Source: Trueperaceae bacterium (GTDB taxonomy: Bacteria; Deinococcota; Deinococci; Deinococcales; Trueperaceae). Taken from it: a stretch of 64,000 nt of DNA. Below, in pieces: positions 1 through 10,106 of the stretch. Location: NCBI GenBank assembly GCA_965213925.1, contig OZ243927.1, positions 2,720,001 through 2,784,000 of the forward strand, given 5' to 3'. Position 1 is the first letter of the stretch, and each line of letters opens with the position of its first letter. Below the pieces are notes generated by a model, which saw only the letters and a list, made by a program, of their open reading frames with translations, was not told the origin of the DNA and ran no database searches. The translations under genes were made by a program, and so were the position numbers.

Positions 1-393
1 CTCAGCTACTTCGCCGCGCAGCACATGAGAGAACGTGGTGGTGGGCGCATCGTGAACGTGTCCTCTCGGGGTGCCTTCCGAGGGGAGCCGGAGGGTCCGG
101 CGTACGGCGCAAGCAAAGCCGCCCTTAACGCCCTCAGCCAGTCGCTCGCGCAGAAGCTCGCGCCGCACGGTATCTTCGTGGGCGTTGTCGCGCCTGGCTT
201 CGTCGAGACGGACATGACGAACGCGCACCTCAAAGGTGAGCGGGGTCAAGAGATTCGCGCCCAGAGCCCGCTCAACCGCGTGGCGAAGCCCGAAGAGGTC
301 GCCTACGCGGTTCTCTTTCTCGCCTCGGAAGGTGCCGAATTCAGCACGGGCGCGATCCTCGACGTGAACGGCGCGTCTTATTTACGCTCCTGA
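1..393 (+). CDS. SDR-family oxidoreductase (5'-truncated by the window edge)
   Basis: IVNVSS, catalytic YGASK (YxxxK), APGFVET and C-terminal TGAILDVNG; frame is open from the window start. Confidence 0.9.
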   Translation, partial: LSYFAAQHMRERGGGRIVNVSSRGAFRGEPEGPAYGASKAALNALSQSLAQKLAPHGIFVGVVAPGFVETDMTNAHLKGERGQEIRAQSPLNRVAKPEEVAYAVLFLASEGAEFSTGAILDVNGASYLRS

Positions 394-557
394 AGCCGTC
401 TTAGAAACTCCTGTGCGAGAGGTGCGCGAAAGGTACTAGAGGAAAGTAGAGTAGGAACCTCTTTCAGTCTGCTTGCCATCTTCTCCCTTCGTTCACCTGT
501 TTAACTGACCCCCTCAAACGTTCTACTGCGCATACCACCTCACCTTTGGAGAGCCCT

Positions 558-1787
558 ATGCCCGACTTAGACCTCACCTTTGTCCGCCAACAGTTTCCCG
601 CTTTTAGCGAGCCGAGCTTAGCGGAGCAAGCCTTCTTCGAGAACGCAGGCGGCTCGTACGCCTGTGCTCAAGTCATCGAGCGGCTCACCGACTTCTACAA
701 AACGATGAAGGTGCAGCCCCATCACCTCTATCCGACTGCGCAAAAAGCGGGAGAGGCGATGGACTCGAGCTACCCCGCTTTCGCCCGGTACTTAGGCGTC
801 CAGCCCGAAGAGGTCTACTTCGGTCCTTCGACCACGCAGAATACCTACGTCCTCGCCCAAGCCTTCCGCGACCTCTTGAGGGAGGGCGACGAGGTCGTCG
901 TCACGAACCAAGACCACGAGGCGAACAGTGGCGCGTGGCGGCGGCTCGCTGAATTTGGCGTAGAGGTGAAAGAGTGGCAGGTGGACGTGGAAACAGGGCG
1001 ACTGCATTTAGGGACCTTAAAACCACTCCTCAGTGAAAAGACCAAAATCGTCGCCTTCCCGCACTGCTCGAACATCGTCGGCGAGATCAATCCGGTCGAG
1101 GAGATTGTCGACCTCATCCACAGTGTCGGCGCTACGGCGGTGGTCGACGGCGTCTCCTACGCAGGACACGGCTTCCCGGATGTGTCCGCGCTCGGCGCGG
1201 ACATCTACCTCTTTTCGACCTACAAGACCTATGGACCCCATCAGGGCGTGATGGTCGTGAGGTCGGGAACCGCGCAGAAGTTGGCGAATCAGGGTCACTA
1301 CTTTAACGCAGGTAAGCCTCAGAAGAGGCTCGTCCCCGCCGGACCTGACCACGCGCAAATCGCCGCTACAAAGGGCGTCACGGACTATTTCGACGCGGTT
1401 CATGACCACCATTACGATGATAGTACGGATACCGCCACGAAAGCAAAGAGGGTCCACGACCTCTTTAGGGAGGCGGAGTTGAAGAGGTTGGAGCCGCTGC
1501 TCGAGGCTCTAACCAGTCACCCCAAAGTTCGCGTTATCGGTCCTGCAACCTTGGAGAACCGCGCTCCGACCGTTGCTATCACGGTGCAAGGACAAGGCGC
1601 GCCCTCACTCGTCAAAAAACTAGCCGAGCACGGCGTCATGTGCGCGCACGGTCACTTCTACGCCGCGCGGCTTTTGGAGGCGATGGGTATCGATTTGGAG
1701 ACGGGCGTGCTCAGGCTGTCGTTCGTTCACTACACGAGTGATGAGGATATCGAGAGGCTCGTTGAGGGGCTCGAGCGGAGCCTCTAA
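558..1787 (+). CDS. Cysteine desulfurase-like class V PLP aminotransferase
   Basis: FFENAGGS, DHEAN, PLP lysine in FSTYKTYGPHQG, RLSFVHY; GGAG RBS before ATG 558. Confidence 0.88.
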   Translation: MPDLDLTFVRQQFPAFSEPSLAEQAFFENAGGSYACAQVIERLTDFYKTMKVQPHHLYPTAQKAGEAMDSSYPAFARYLGVQPEEVYFGPSTTQNTYVLAQAFRDLLREGDEVVVTNQDHEANSGAWRRLAEFGVEVKEWQVDVETGRLHLGTLKPLLSEKTKIVAFPHCSNIVGEINPVEEIVDLIHSVGATAVVDGVSYAGHGFPDVSALGADIYLFSTYKTYGPHQGVMVVRSGTAQKLANQGHYFNAGKPQKRLVPAGPDHAQIAATKGVTDYFDAVHDHHYDDSTDTATKAKRVHDLFREAELKRLEPLLEALTSHPKVRVIGPATLENRAPTVAITVQGQGAPSLVKKLAEHGVMCAHGHFYAARLLEAMGIDLETGVLRLSFVHYTSDEDIERLVEGLERSL

Positions 1788-1844
1788 GTCACGACTCGAA
1801 AGAGGTCGTTCAGCGTCTCCGTTTACCTACACGGGCTCGTGAGA

Positions 1845-3191
1845 TCAGCGCTCATCCTCCAATAGATTCGGCTCGTCCGAGCGCAACTCCTCCTCGATCT
1901 GCGCGTCGAGTTGCGTGTCGACCGACACGTCCGCCTGCGCGCCCCTCTTCACCGCGCTTAGCGAGCGGGGCTCGGGCTTGGGCGTCGTTCGTTTCTCCGC
2001 GTCAGACGCCGCGACCTCCTCTAGCTTCATGGTGTCCGGTACGCGCTGCAAGCGTACATTGGTGATCGGCTCGGGCATCAAGACGTCTGCTTCGTCCAGG
2101 GCGGCTTTCACGAGGCGCACCGCCTCGCTCCGCACCTTAAAATAGTCCGCGCCTCTCTGGTCGACCCAGCCGAAAAAGCGCACGATGACGTTGAAGTCGC
2201 CCAGCTCTTCGACCCTAGCGAAGGGCGTAGGGTCGTTCATGACGCCCGTCATCGCCCGCAGCGCTTCGACGCCCAACGTCTGCACGTACACGAGGTCCTC
2301 CTCGACGTCCACCCCGACGGTAAAGTTGAACTGGCGGCGCGGGTTGCGCGTGTAGTTGACGATGACGCCGTTGAAAATCGTGGCGTTGGGGATGCGCACG
2401 TGGTTGCCGTCTAGGGTCATCAGCACCATCTCCCTAGAGGTCAGCCGGACGACCTTTCCCTCGTAGTCCTCCAACCGGATGAGGTCGTTGAGCGCAAAAG
2501 GTCGGCGCAAACTCATCAGGATGCCCGCCAAATAGTTTTCCACGATGTCGCGAAAGGCGAAACCGATGGCTAAGCCCGCCACGCCCGCCGTGCCGAGCAC
2601 CGCCGTCACCACCGCGGTCGCGCCTAAGATGTCGAGCGCGAGCAGGATGCCGACGAGGACGATCGCGGTGCGCACGAGGTTGCGCAAGAGGTTCTGGAGA
2701 AGCGGGTTGATACCTAAGCGGTTAAAGGGCGCGTCCCAGGTGCTGATGAGTCGCGCTAGCAGCGTGAACAGCAGCACCATGAGGAGCGCCACCACGAGCA
2801 GGGGAGAGTACGCCAGCAGGTCGGTCAGGTAGCTGCGGATGCGCGTCAGAGCGGGCGCGAGCGTTTTGCGCAGGTTGGTCTCTTGCTCCAGGTTGTCCAC
2901 GACGTAGAAGACACCCCCCAGCCTGCCTGCTAAGTCCGCCGCGCTCTCCCGGTCGGCCGCGTTGCGCGTCGTGCCCGAAAGCGACACGACGCCGCCCTCC
3001 ACACTGACCTGGACCTCTTCTAAACCGGGAACGGTCTCGTAAACCTCTCGCAAACGCTCCGCGATAGCCTCGTCAGAGGGACCGTCCACCGACACGGTCG
3101 GCGCTTCGGGTTCTGCGGGCGTCTCCTGCGCGGCAGCGGATGTAATGGCAAAAAGAAGGATTAAGCAAAATAGATAGCGGGTCAGCTTCAC
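1845..3191 (-). CDS. MscS mechanosensitive channel with N-terminal BON domain
   Basis: Signal peptide, BON-like VQVSVEGGVVSLSG, GLAIGFAFRDIVENYLAG, RPFALND, IPNA..NYT. Confidence 0.9.
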   Translation of the reverse strand: MKLTRYLFCLILLFAITSAAAQETPAEPEAPTVSVDGPSDEAIAERLREVYETVPGLEEVQVSVEGGVVSLSGTTRNAADRESAADLAGRLGGVFYVVDNLEQETNLRKTLAPALTRIRSYLTDLLAYSPLLVVALLMVLLFTLLARLISTWDAPFNRLGINPLLQNLLRNLVRTAIVLVGILLALDILGATAVVTAVLGTAGVAGLAIGFAFRDIVENYLAGILMSLRRPFALNDLIRLEDYEGKVVRLTSREMVLMTLDGNHVRIPNATIFNGVIVNYTRNPRRQFNFTVGVDVEEDLVYVQTLGVEALRAMTGVMNDPTPFARVEELGDFNVIVRFFGWVDQRGADYFKVRSEAVRLVKAALDEADVLMPEPITNVRLQRVPDTMKLEEVAASDAEKRTTPKPEPRSLSAVKRGAQADVSVDTQLDAQIEEELRSDEPNLLEDER

Positions 3192-3444
3192 AGCACTCCT
3201 CGTAACTCAGCAAGTTGATCTCAAGATACCTCGAGCCACCTGCACTTCTTACTTCTACCTTCTCTGCTCCTACCCTTCTCCTCACAGCGCACGCCGCAAC
3301 CGCTCCAAGCGCGTTACGATTAGGGGGTCAACAAAACGTCGTCACACTTCTCCGCAGGCATCATCTCATCAAGTGCGTACTAGTCGAATGTTCTCTCAAG
3401 TGGTTGCGTCTCTGACCAGATAATACCTGCTATCATAGTGAGCG

Positions 3445-4077
3445 GTGAACATCCTAGCTATCGCCGACGCCACCTCGCCCTTTATCCACTCGGAGAGCTT
3501 CCCCAAGAACCTACCGCCCTTCGATTTGGTGCTTTCGGCGGGCGACATGCCGGGTCACGTTTTAGAGTTCGTCGCGACGAAAACGACGGTGCAGCCCGTC
3601 TATGTTTTGGGCAACCACGCCAACGGCTACCTGAAAAACCCCGACTTCTACGGCTCCTACCTGCCCGGCGGTTGCCTCAACGTCCACCGCGATATCATCG
3701 AGATTAACGGCGTGCTGATCGCAGGCTTCGAGGGCAGCGCCCGCTACCGTCCCGGACCGCACCAGTACACCGAGTGGCAGATGGCGTACTTCGTCAACCG
3801 GATGACACCTCAGCTTCTGTGGAACCGCTACCGCTACGGGCGAGCGGTGGATATTTTGCTCACGCACGCGCCGCCTAAGGGACCCCACGAGGGCAAAGAC
3901 TATCCACACCGGGGAATTCCTGCCTTTAACCGCTTCGTGGAGCGCTGGCAGCCGAAGCTGCACGTACATGGTCACGTCCACCTGAACGGCATCAACGACC
4001 CAAGGGAATACGTCACGGAGTCGGGCGTTCGGGTCATCAACGCTTATGAATTCACGATGATCGAAATCGACCTGTAG
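3445..4077 (+). CDS. Calcineurin-like metallophosphoesterase
   Basis: AGD, VLGNH, LTHAPP, HGHVH motifs. Confidence 0.88.
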   Translation: MNILAIADATSPFIHSESFPKNLPPFDLVLSAGDMPGHVLEFVATKTTVQPVYVLGNHANGYLKNPDFYGSYLPGGCLNVHRDIIEINGVLIAGFEGSARYRPGPHQYTEWQMAYFVNRMTPQLLWNRYRYGRAVDILLTHAPPKGPHEGKDYPHRGIPAFNRFVERWQPKLHVHGHVHLNGINDPREYVTESGVRVINAYEFTMIEIDL

Positions 4078-4256
4078 CGCAGCTGTCAAGCGCGAAGTGT
4101 ACACGCGTTTGTTCCCCTAAGTACGCTTATACTTATTCGCTTGTAGGTTTCCCTACGTTTACCCTGCCAAATCCTTCACAAACGCTTTCCCTGACGCTTG
4201 CCTTACACACCGCTCAGCATTTCGTCTTATCCTGAATGAAGAAAGGGGGTGTCCTC

Positions 4257-5165
4257 ATGAGTCACCTCGCAAGGCAGCGTGCTCAGCGTGAGGCGGAGCG
4301 GGTTCGCTCGAGGGCCTTCTGGCACAAGGTCTTAGACGGCTTACGCGGCGTCGACAACGACCTCTTACCCTTTAGCGCCGTGCAGCAGCTTCACCCCAAC
4401 GCCGAGAGCTACGGCGGCACCAAAGCTATCCCGATCGAGCAGATCGTCGGCTCCGTCGACCGCTACCGCGACTTCGACCACTACTTCTTGCCCAAGGTCG
4501 ACCACACCATAGGCCGCTGGGCGGGCATTCGTCAGGCAGGTTTAGAGGGCAAGGAACTCCCGCCGATTCAGGTCTATAAAGTCGGCGAGGTCTACTTCGT
4601 CAAGGACGGACACCACCGCGTCTCGGTCGCGAGAAACGCCGGGCAGAGGTACATCGACGCGGAGATCATCGAGTTGAGCGTTCCCGTGCCGCCCGATTCG
4701 AACGACAGCATCAAAGACCTCATCATCAAGGGCGAGTACGCGGGCTTTTTAGAGCAGACCAAGCTCAATAAGCTCAAGCCCGACTTTGAGCGCATCCTCT
4801 TCACGGTGCCAGGACGTTACGACATCTTGATCGGGCACATCAACACGCGCAAGTATTATCTAGGGCGCAACCTCCAGCGCGACGTGTCGTGGGAAGAGGC
4901 GGTGTGCTCCTGGCACGACCGGCTCTACGCGAGAGTAGTCGAGCAAATCCGCAAGTACGACGTTTTAGAGCGCTTTCCAGGGCGCACCGAGGCGGACCTC
5001 TACCTCTGGATCATGGATCACCGCTACAACCTCACGCAGAAGTTCGGCTCCGACGTCGGCTCGGAAGAGGCGACGAAGAACTTTGCGGACAACTTCGCGC
5101 CCGACATCGCCAAGCGCACCTGGCAGCGCCTCGTGCAGAAGTGGCGGGGGCGGGTGTCTGAATAA
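4257..5165 (+). CDS. ParB/Srx-like N-terminal domain plus DUF4032-like C-terminal domain protein
   Basis: IPIEQIVGS, LPPIQVYKVGEVYFVKDGHHRVSVA (ParB-like); C-terminal SWEEAVCSW...RTEADLYLWIMDHRY; RBS GGGGGT before ATG 4257. Confidence 0.75.
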   Translation: MSHLARQRAQREAERVRSRAFWHKVLDGLRGVDNDLLPFSAVQQLHPNAESYGGTKAIPIEQIVGSVDRYRDFDHYFLPKVDHTIGRWAGIRQAGLEGKELPPIQVYKVGEVYFVKDGHHRVSVARNAGQRYIDAEIIELSVPVPPDSNDSIKDLIIKGEYAGFLEQTKLNKLKPDFERILFTVPGRYDILIGHINTRKYYLGRNLQRDVSWEEAVCSWHDRLYARVVEQIRKYDVLERFPGRTEADLYLWIMDHRYNLTQKFGSDVGSEEATKNFADNFAPDIAKRTWQRLVQKWRGRVSE

Positions 5166-5182
5166 AAAGCAGCAATGAGTTA

Positions 5183-5442
5183 AACACATTGTCAACTAAA
5201 AAACGAGTGATGTCATTCTGTTCACGAAGTAGGGCGTAGCCGCTGCAACGAAGTGAAGTGAAAGAATCTCTGACCTTGCTGACTCCTCTTGCTGAGATTG
5301 AAAGGCGAGACCCTTACGCATTCGCAAGGCTTACGCGTCGCGTGGTTCACGAAGTACTTCCGAAGGAAACCGCTCCCGCTAGCGACTTCGTGAACAGGGT
5401 GACATTAGTAAAAAGGTGTCAATACTTAGTTGACGGTGTATT
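5183..5442. mobile_element. MITE-like non-coding element with imperfect terminal inverted repeats
   Basis: Left AACACATTGTCAACTAA...ATGTCATTCTGTTCACGAAGT is complementary to right ACTTCGTGAACAGGGTGACAT...TTAGTTGACGGTGTATT; inverted homologous copy at ~27562-27732. Confidence 0.7.
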
Positions 5443-5444
5443 AA

Positions 5445-5497
5445 AAGCAATGAGCAATGAGTTTAGGGTTTCACTCATTGCTCGTTTCTCATTGCTC
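5445..5497. repeat. Heptamer (AGCAATG) repeat hairpin
   Basis: AGCAATGAGCAATGAG followed by complementary CTCATTGCTC twice; another AGCAATGAG at 5171 on the other side of the MITE. Confidence 0.6.
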
Positions 5498-5622
5498 ACC
5501 GTTCGTTCCTTTCACATTCGTGAAAACTACGTAATCAGAAGCTAAAGCCACCAGCTTGACTGGATTGCTTCCTTAGTTCTACAGCTACCACCTCTTCTGT
5601 CTTCCGCGTGATAAGACGGAGT

Positions 5623-6639
5623 ATGATTCAGACGGATTATTTAACCGAGTATGGGGCGCGGCTTGTCGAGGGAAGGGTCTCGAGCTTCTCGAACCTCAGT
5701 GATGAAGTTCGAGCGCTTACAAAAGGCGCGGGGCTCGTCCCCCTCCTTACCACCACGCCCCTACGCCTCACCGGAGCCGACCGCTTAGACTTCTTACATG
5801 GACAAATCAGCAATGACATCAAGGGCCTAACGGCGGGCGAGACCAACACCTCTTTGATGCTCAACGTCAAAGGACACGCGCTCGCCTCTATGCGCGTCTA
5901 CCGCCGCGAGGACGACCTCTTCGCAGCGGTCGAGGACGGCGCGGGCGACTTCGTGCAGCGCGAGCTGAAAGCGCACATCATCTTCGACCAGGTCGAACTC
6001 GAGACCTTGTCCGACGCCATCACCTCGCTGACTTTGCAGGGTGCGGAGGCAGAGGAGGTACTATCAGTCGTTTTCGAAACCGAGCTGCCGAGCGAAGGAA
6101 CTTTCATTCAACCCTCGTTCTCGAGCGCTAAGGTCCTCGTGAGTCCTGCGAGACGGAGTGCGGCGGGCGGCTTCGATGTGCACGTTCTCATTCGAGACGC
6201 GCAAGCACTCTTCGAAAGGCTCGAGCAAGCGGGCGCGGTTCCCGCCGGGGAAGACGCCTTGGGTGCGGCGCGCGTCGCAGCGGGCATTGCCTCCGCGCGT
6301 GGCGAAGGCGGCGAAGGGGCGCTGCCGCAAGAGGTCGGCTTAGAGCACGCCGTCTCGTACCGCAAGGGCTGCTACTTAGGACAAGAGATTATGGCGCGCA
6401 TCGAGGCGCGGGGCAAGGTGCGTAAAGGGCTCAGGGGGTTGAGGCTCGAATCTCTTCCTAGAAGCGATACCAAAGACCTTATGTTAGAGGGCAAAAAAGT
6501 CGGGCGGCTTGGTTCAGTTGTGGAGCATCCCGAGTTGGGCGTCATCGGCTTGGCGAGCGTGCGCACGGAGTTAGAAAGCGGGCAAGAGGTCGAGGTTGGG
6601 AAGGTCAGAGGGGCGCTCGCAGATTTACCCTTCGTTTAG
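5623..6639 (+). CDS. ygfZ: YgfZ/GcvT-family folate-binding protein
   Basis: GADRLDFLHGQISND and signature KGCYLGQEIMAR. Confidence 0.92.
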   Translation: MIQTDYLTEYGARLVEGRVSSFSNLSDEVRALTKGAGLVPLLTTTPLRLTGADRLDFLHGQISNDIKGLTAGETNTSLMLNVKGHALASMRVYRREDDLFAAVEDGAGDFVQRELKAHIIFDQVELETLSDAITSLTLQGAEAEEVLSVVFETELPSEGTFIQPSFSSAKVLVSPARRSAAGGFDVHVLIRDAQALFERLEQAGAVPAGEDALGAARVAAGIASARGEGGEGALPQEVGLEHAVSYRKGCYLGQEIMARIEARGKVRKGLRGLRLESLPRSDTKDLMLEGKKVGRLGSVVEHPELGVIGLASVRTELESGQEVEVGKVRGALADLPFV

Positions 6640-6765
6640 AAGTTGAGACTGAAAGAGAAGAAACGCGAGCGTGCTGTGGCTACTTATTCGCTGGGGGTCT
6701 AGTGCGCGCTTCTTTGTGAACGTTATCCTTGAGGTGACACGTCTTCAACGTTTACGCTGCACCTT

Positions 6766-7182
6766 ATGAGGCATTTTCTAGTTCTATTGAGTCTTTGGTT
6801 ACTTAGTAGCTGCGCTACATCTGTAGTAGACGACGGACGGTCCGATAATATCTGTGCTCTGGGACCGATCGACCTCTTTGATGAAGAACTGATGCCCTAC
6901 GTTTACGAAGATCATCCCGCTCCCGAAGAGGAGTGGCTAGGATTCGTCGAGATTTTAGAGGAAGTTGAGCCAGAAGAGAGACTCCACCGCTACCTTATAC
7001 GAGCAGAGGAAGAAGTACCCTTTTTCACCGATGTGACGCCTAGCCTTTTCAAAAAGTATGAAGGAAGACGTGTGAAACTGGTAGGGAAGTATGGAAACAG
7101 CACGGAGACTGGCATCTACTTGCCTAATCCTCCTAAGTACGATCTGATTATTGCGAAAAGCATAGAGTGTGTAAAAGCGTAG
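6766..7182 (+). CDS. Hypothetical lipoprotein
   Basis: Hydrophobic signal with lipobox LSSC; TACGCT -10 is 7 nt before ATG. Confidence 0.65.
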   Translation: MRHFLVLLSLWLLSSCATSVVDDGRSDNICALGPIDLFDEELMPYVYEDHPAPEEEWLGFVEILEEVEPEERLHRYLIRAEEEVPFFTDVTPSLFKKYEGRRVKLVGKYGNSTETGIYLPNPPKYDLIIAKSIECVKA

Positions 7183-7207
7183 AGAAGTGGAAAGTTTGGC
7201 GAGGACC

Positions 7208-8038
7208 TTAGGGTTTAGTCCGCTCCAGCGTCGCTTCGATACTCAGCGGTGTCATTCCAGTGAGCTGTTGCCACAAAGAGGTATCCAAGGAGGTATCGCG
7301 GGGCAAGCTGCTGTTTTTCGGCATCTTCTCGCGCTGCAAAGCGTCCACGTTCACGCCGAGCGCGGTCAGCGCTCGGTAGTAAAAGTCGAAATTGCTCAGC
7401 CGTTCGCCTGCCACGTGGACAACACCTGTAAAATCTGAAAGCCCGAGCGCGACCACCGCCTCGGCTACTTGCGCGACCCCTAAGGGGCTTTTGAACATGT
7501 CGCCAAAACGCGCTACCTCTCGGCCCGACGCAAGGGCGGCTCGAGCCCCTGCGAGCCGCGTGTCGAGCCCGTCCGAAACGCCGTAGATGTAGCTGGGGCG
7601 GATGATGCAGTAGTCCGGGTGAATCTCCTTGATGCGCGTTTCGAAGTGCAAGAGGTTGCGCCCGTAACGGGTGACGGGGTTTGGCGTGTCGCGCTCGGTA
7701 TAGAGTCCTTTTTCGCCGCTGAAGACGGCGTCGCTCGAGAGGTACACCAGGCGTCTGTCCTGAACGCCCCGCAAGAAGCGTCCGACCGAGGCCTCGAAGT
7801 CCCCGCTCACCTCTTTCTCTATAGCGGCGGCGAAGATGACGGTATCAATACCGAACGCATCGCAGATAGCGCGCACGTCGTCCTCGAAGAAATTGTAGCG
7901 AACGGCGCTAGGAATAGTCGTGCGGTTGTAGGTCGCAACGACAGTGTACGCCCACAACCTCTTGACGACAGCTCGCCCTAAGAAGCCGCTCCCGCCGACG
8001 ACCAAAACGGTCCTATCTGAGTTATCTCTTAGTGTCAC
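7208..8038 (-). CDS. RmlD-like (dTDP-4-dehydrorhamnose reductase family) extended SDR
   Basis: GGSGFLG, YLSSDAVFSG, YTERDTPNPVTRYG, PRDTSLDTS. Confidence 0.85.
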   Translation of the reverse strand: MTLRDNSDRTVLVVGGSGFLGRAVVKRLWAYTVVATYNRTTIPSAVRYNFFEDDVRAICDAFGIDTVIFAAAIEKEVSGDFEASVGRFLRGVQDRRLVYLSSDAVFSGEKGLYTERDTPNPVTRYGRNLLHFETRIKEIHPDYCIIRPSYIYGVSDGLDTRLAGARAALASGREVARFGDMFKSPLGVAQVAEAVVALGLSDFTGVVHVAGERLSNFDFYYRALTALGVNVDALQREKMPKNSSLPRDTSLDTSLWQQLTGMTPLSIEATLERTKP

Positions 8039-8050
8039 CGTCGTAACCTC

Positions 8051-10024
8051 TTAGGCGTGCTCTTCGAACCAATCCAAAATCGCCTCCAACCGCGCCACCC
8101 GCCGGTCCGGTCTGCCCGAGCGCGACAGCTCATGACCCTCGTCCGGGAAGCGGATGAACTTGGTCTCTTTACCGAGTGTTTTCAGCGCCACGTAAAACTG
8201 CTCGGCTTGCTCGACCGGGCAGCGGTGGTCCTCGTCGGCGTGGAGGATGAGCAGGGGCGTACGTACCTCAGCGACGTATCTGAGGGGGCTCTGGTCCCAC
8301 AGTTTGTCGAGGTGTTCCCAGGGGTTGCCCCCGACTTGCAGGTCGCTGAACTTGTAGCCGATGTCCGACGCGCCGTAAAAGGACAGCCAGTTGCAGATGC
8401 TCCTTTGGGTCGCGGCGGACCGGAATTCGCCCGTACGTCCGACGAGCCAGTTCGTCATGAAGCCGCCGTACGAGCCGCCCGTTAGGTGCATAGGCGCGTC
8501 CGGGGCGTCGTGCGTTTTCGCGTGATCTTTTTTCGCGGCGCGGGCGACGGCTAACACGTCGTCAGCGTCTACTGTGCCGTAGCGGCCGAGCAGGGCACCC
8601 TGAAAGTCCGCGCCGTAGCTCGACGAACCCCGCGGGTTGCCGTAGACGACGGTGTAGCCCGCCGAAGCTAGGAGGTGGAACTCGAAGTAGAAGCCGTAGC
8701 CGTAGTTCGTGTGCGGTCCGCCGTGAACTTGCAAGACCAGCGCGTCGTCCTTGCGCGGCTTCTCGCTCCGCATGACCCAGTAGTCCACGCGCGGTCCGCC
8801 CTTCGCTTTCGCCTTGCGCACCTTGCTCGCTTCGGCGGTGCGGTACTTGTCCAAAAAGTCCGCGTTAACGCCGCTCAATTTCCTCTCTTTGCCGCGCCCA
8901 TCGCGGTAGAAGAGTTCGCCGGGTTCACTTGGGGTTTCCGCCGTGAAGACGAAGCGCCCGCCCGCGCCGTGAAACCCGCGCATGACCCGGTCGTTTTTAT
9001 GAAACTGCCGCACCTTGCGCGTGCCGACATCGACCTTCGCTAAGCCGCTGCGCCCTTCGCGGTTCGCGTTGAAGAAGACGCTCTTGCTGTCGTCCGACCA
9101 GAGAGGCGCGTTGGGGTGCGCCCCGTAGTAGCTGTCGCCACCCGTGGAGGGCAGCGCCTCCAACTCGCCCGTAAGGAGCGTCGCCTCACCGCCCCCGTCA
9201 AAATTTTGAGCAGAGACGAGCCACAGCCCCGTCGGGCTCGCGAAGACCTCTTGATCGATGGGCGAGAAAAAGGCGACGTGCGCCCCGTCCGGGCTGGGGC
9301 TCGGCAAAAACGCCATGTTCATGCCTGCGGTGAGCCGTTTCGCCTTGCCGCCGCTAACGGGCAGCGCCCAGAGGTTGCTCTTCCAAGCGTCCACCTCGTT
9401 CGGATTTTTCGCGCCGCTGAAGAGGAGGGTCTCTCCGTCTGGGCTGAACGCGAGGTCGCTCGGGCTGCTCTTGAGCTTACTGAGCTTTTTGCTCTTACGT
9501 TTGCCAAAGGTGTAGAGGTAAATCTGGGCGGGCTCGGCGCTCAGGAAGCCGACGCCGTCGCGCTTGTAGGTCAGTTGCTCGACGACCAAAGGTTGCCCTT
9601 TCTCCTTCCGTTCGTCGCGCCAGTTGCCCCTCGAGACCAGTCCCACGCTCGCCCCGCTCGGATGCCAGATAAATTCGGACACGCCCGCCCCAAAGTCGGT
9701 GAGCCGCGCCGCCTCGCCGCCCGAGAGCGGCATGACGTAGAGCTGCGCCGCCTCGTCGTCGCCCCGTTTGGAAAGAAACGCGAGCTTTGAGCCGTCCGGG
9801 GAGAAGCGCGGCTGCGTATTCGCGTCGCCCGTTCGGGTCAGCTGCATGGCGTCGCCCGCGCCAACGTCGTAAAGAAAGATGTGGCTGACGTAACGCGGCG
9901 GCTTGTCCTCCTCGCCTCGCTCGATCACCGTCTGTACCGCAGCGACGCGCGAACCGTCCGGGCTCAGGTGCGCGTCAGAGAGGAAGGTAAGCTCGAAGAG
10001 GCTGTCGGCTTTGAGTTTGGCCAT
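8051..10024 (-). CDS. S9 family (acylaminoacyl/prolyl oligo) peptidase
   Basis: Propeller repeats (FSPDG), VHGGPH, GGSYGG nucleophile, DHRCP, EGHEL. Confidence 0.95.
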   Translation of the reverse strand: MAKLKADSLFELTFLSDAHLSPDGSRVAAVQTVIERGEEDKPPRYVSHIFLYDVGAGDAMQLTRTGDANTQPRFSPDGSKLAFLSKRGDDEAAQLYVMPLSGGEAARLTDFGAGVSEFIWHPSGASVGLVSRGNWRDERKEKGQPLVVEQLTYKRDGVGFLSAEPAQIYLYTFGKRKSKKLSKLKSSPSDLAFSPDGETLLFSGAKNPNEVDAWKSNLWALPVSGGKAKRLTAGMNMAFLPSPSPDGAHVAFFSPIDQEVFASPTGLWLVSAQNFDGGGEATLLTGELEALPSTGGDSYYGAHPNAPLWSDDSKSVFFNANREGRSGLAKVDVGTRKVRQFHKNDRVMRGFHGAGGRFVFTAETPSEPGELFYRDGRGKERKLSGVNADFLDKYRTAEASKVRKAKAKGGPRVDYWVMRSEKPRKDDALVLQVHGGPHTNYGYGFYFEFHLLASAGYTVVYGNPRGSSSYGADFQGALLGRYGTVDADDVLAVARAAKKDHAKTHDAPDAPMHLTGGSYGGFMTNWLVGRTGEFRSAATQRSICNWLSFYGASDIGYKFSDLQVGGNPWEHLDKLWDQSPLRYVAEVRTPLLILHADEDHRCPVEQAEQFYVALKTLGKETKFIRFPDEGHELSRSGRPDRRVARLEAILDWFEEHA

Positions 10025-10106
10025 ACCGAGTTATACCGTAGCGGCGCGCCCAAAAGCCAGGTCGAAAACCGCAACGGTGCAAGGGGACGCGGCCCCGCAC
10101 TGACCC

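Noticed and set aside
5258..5545. 95-aa ORF
   Set aside because: Lies over the MITE and heptamer repeats; no RBS or recognisable domain.
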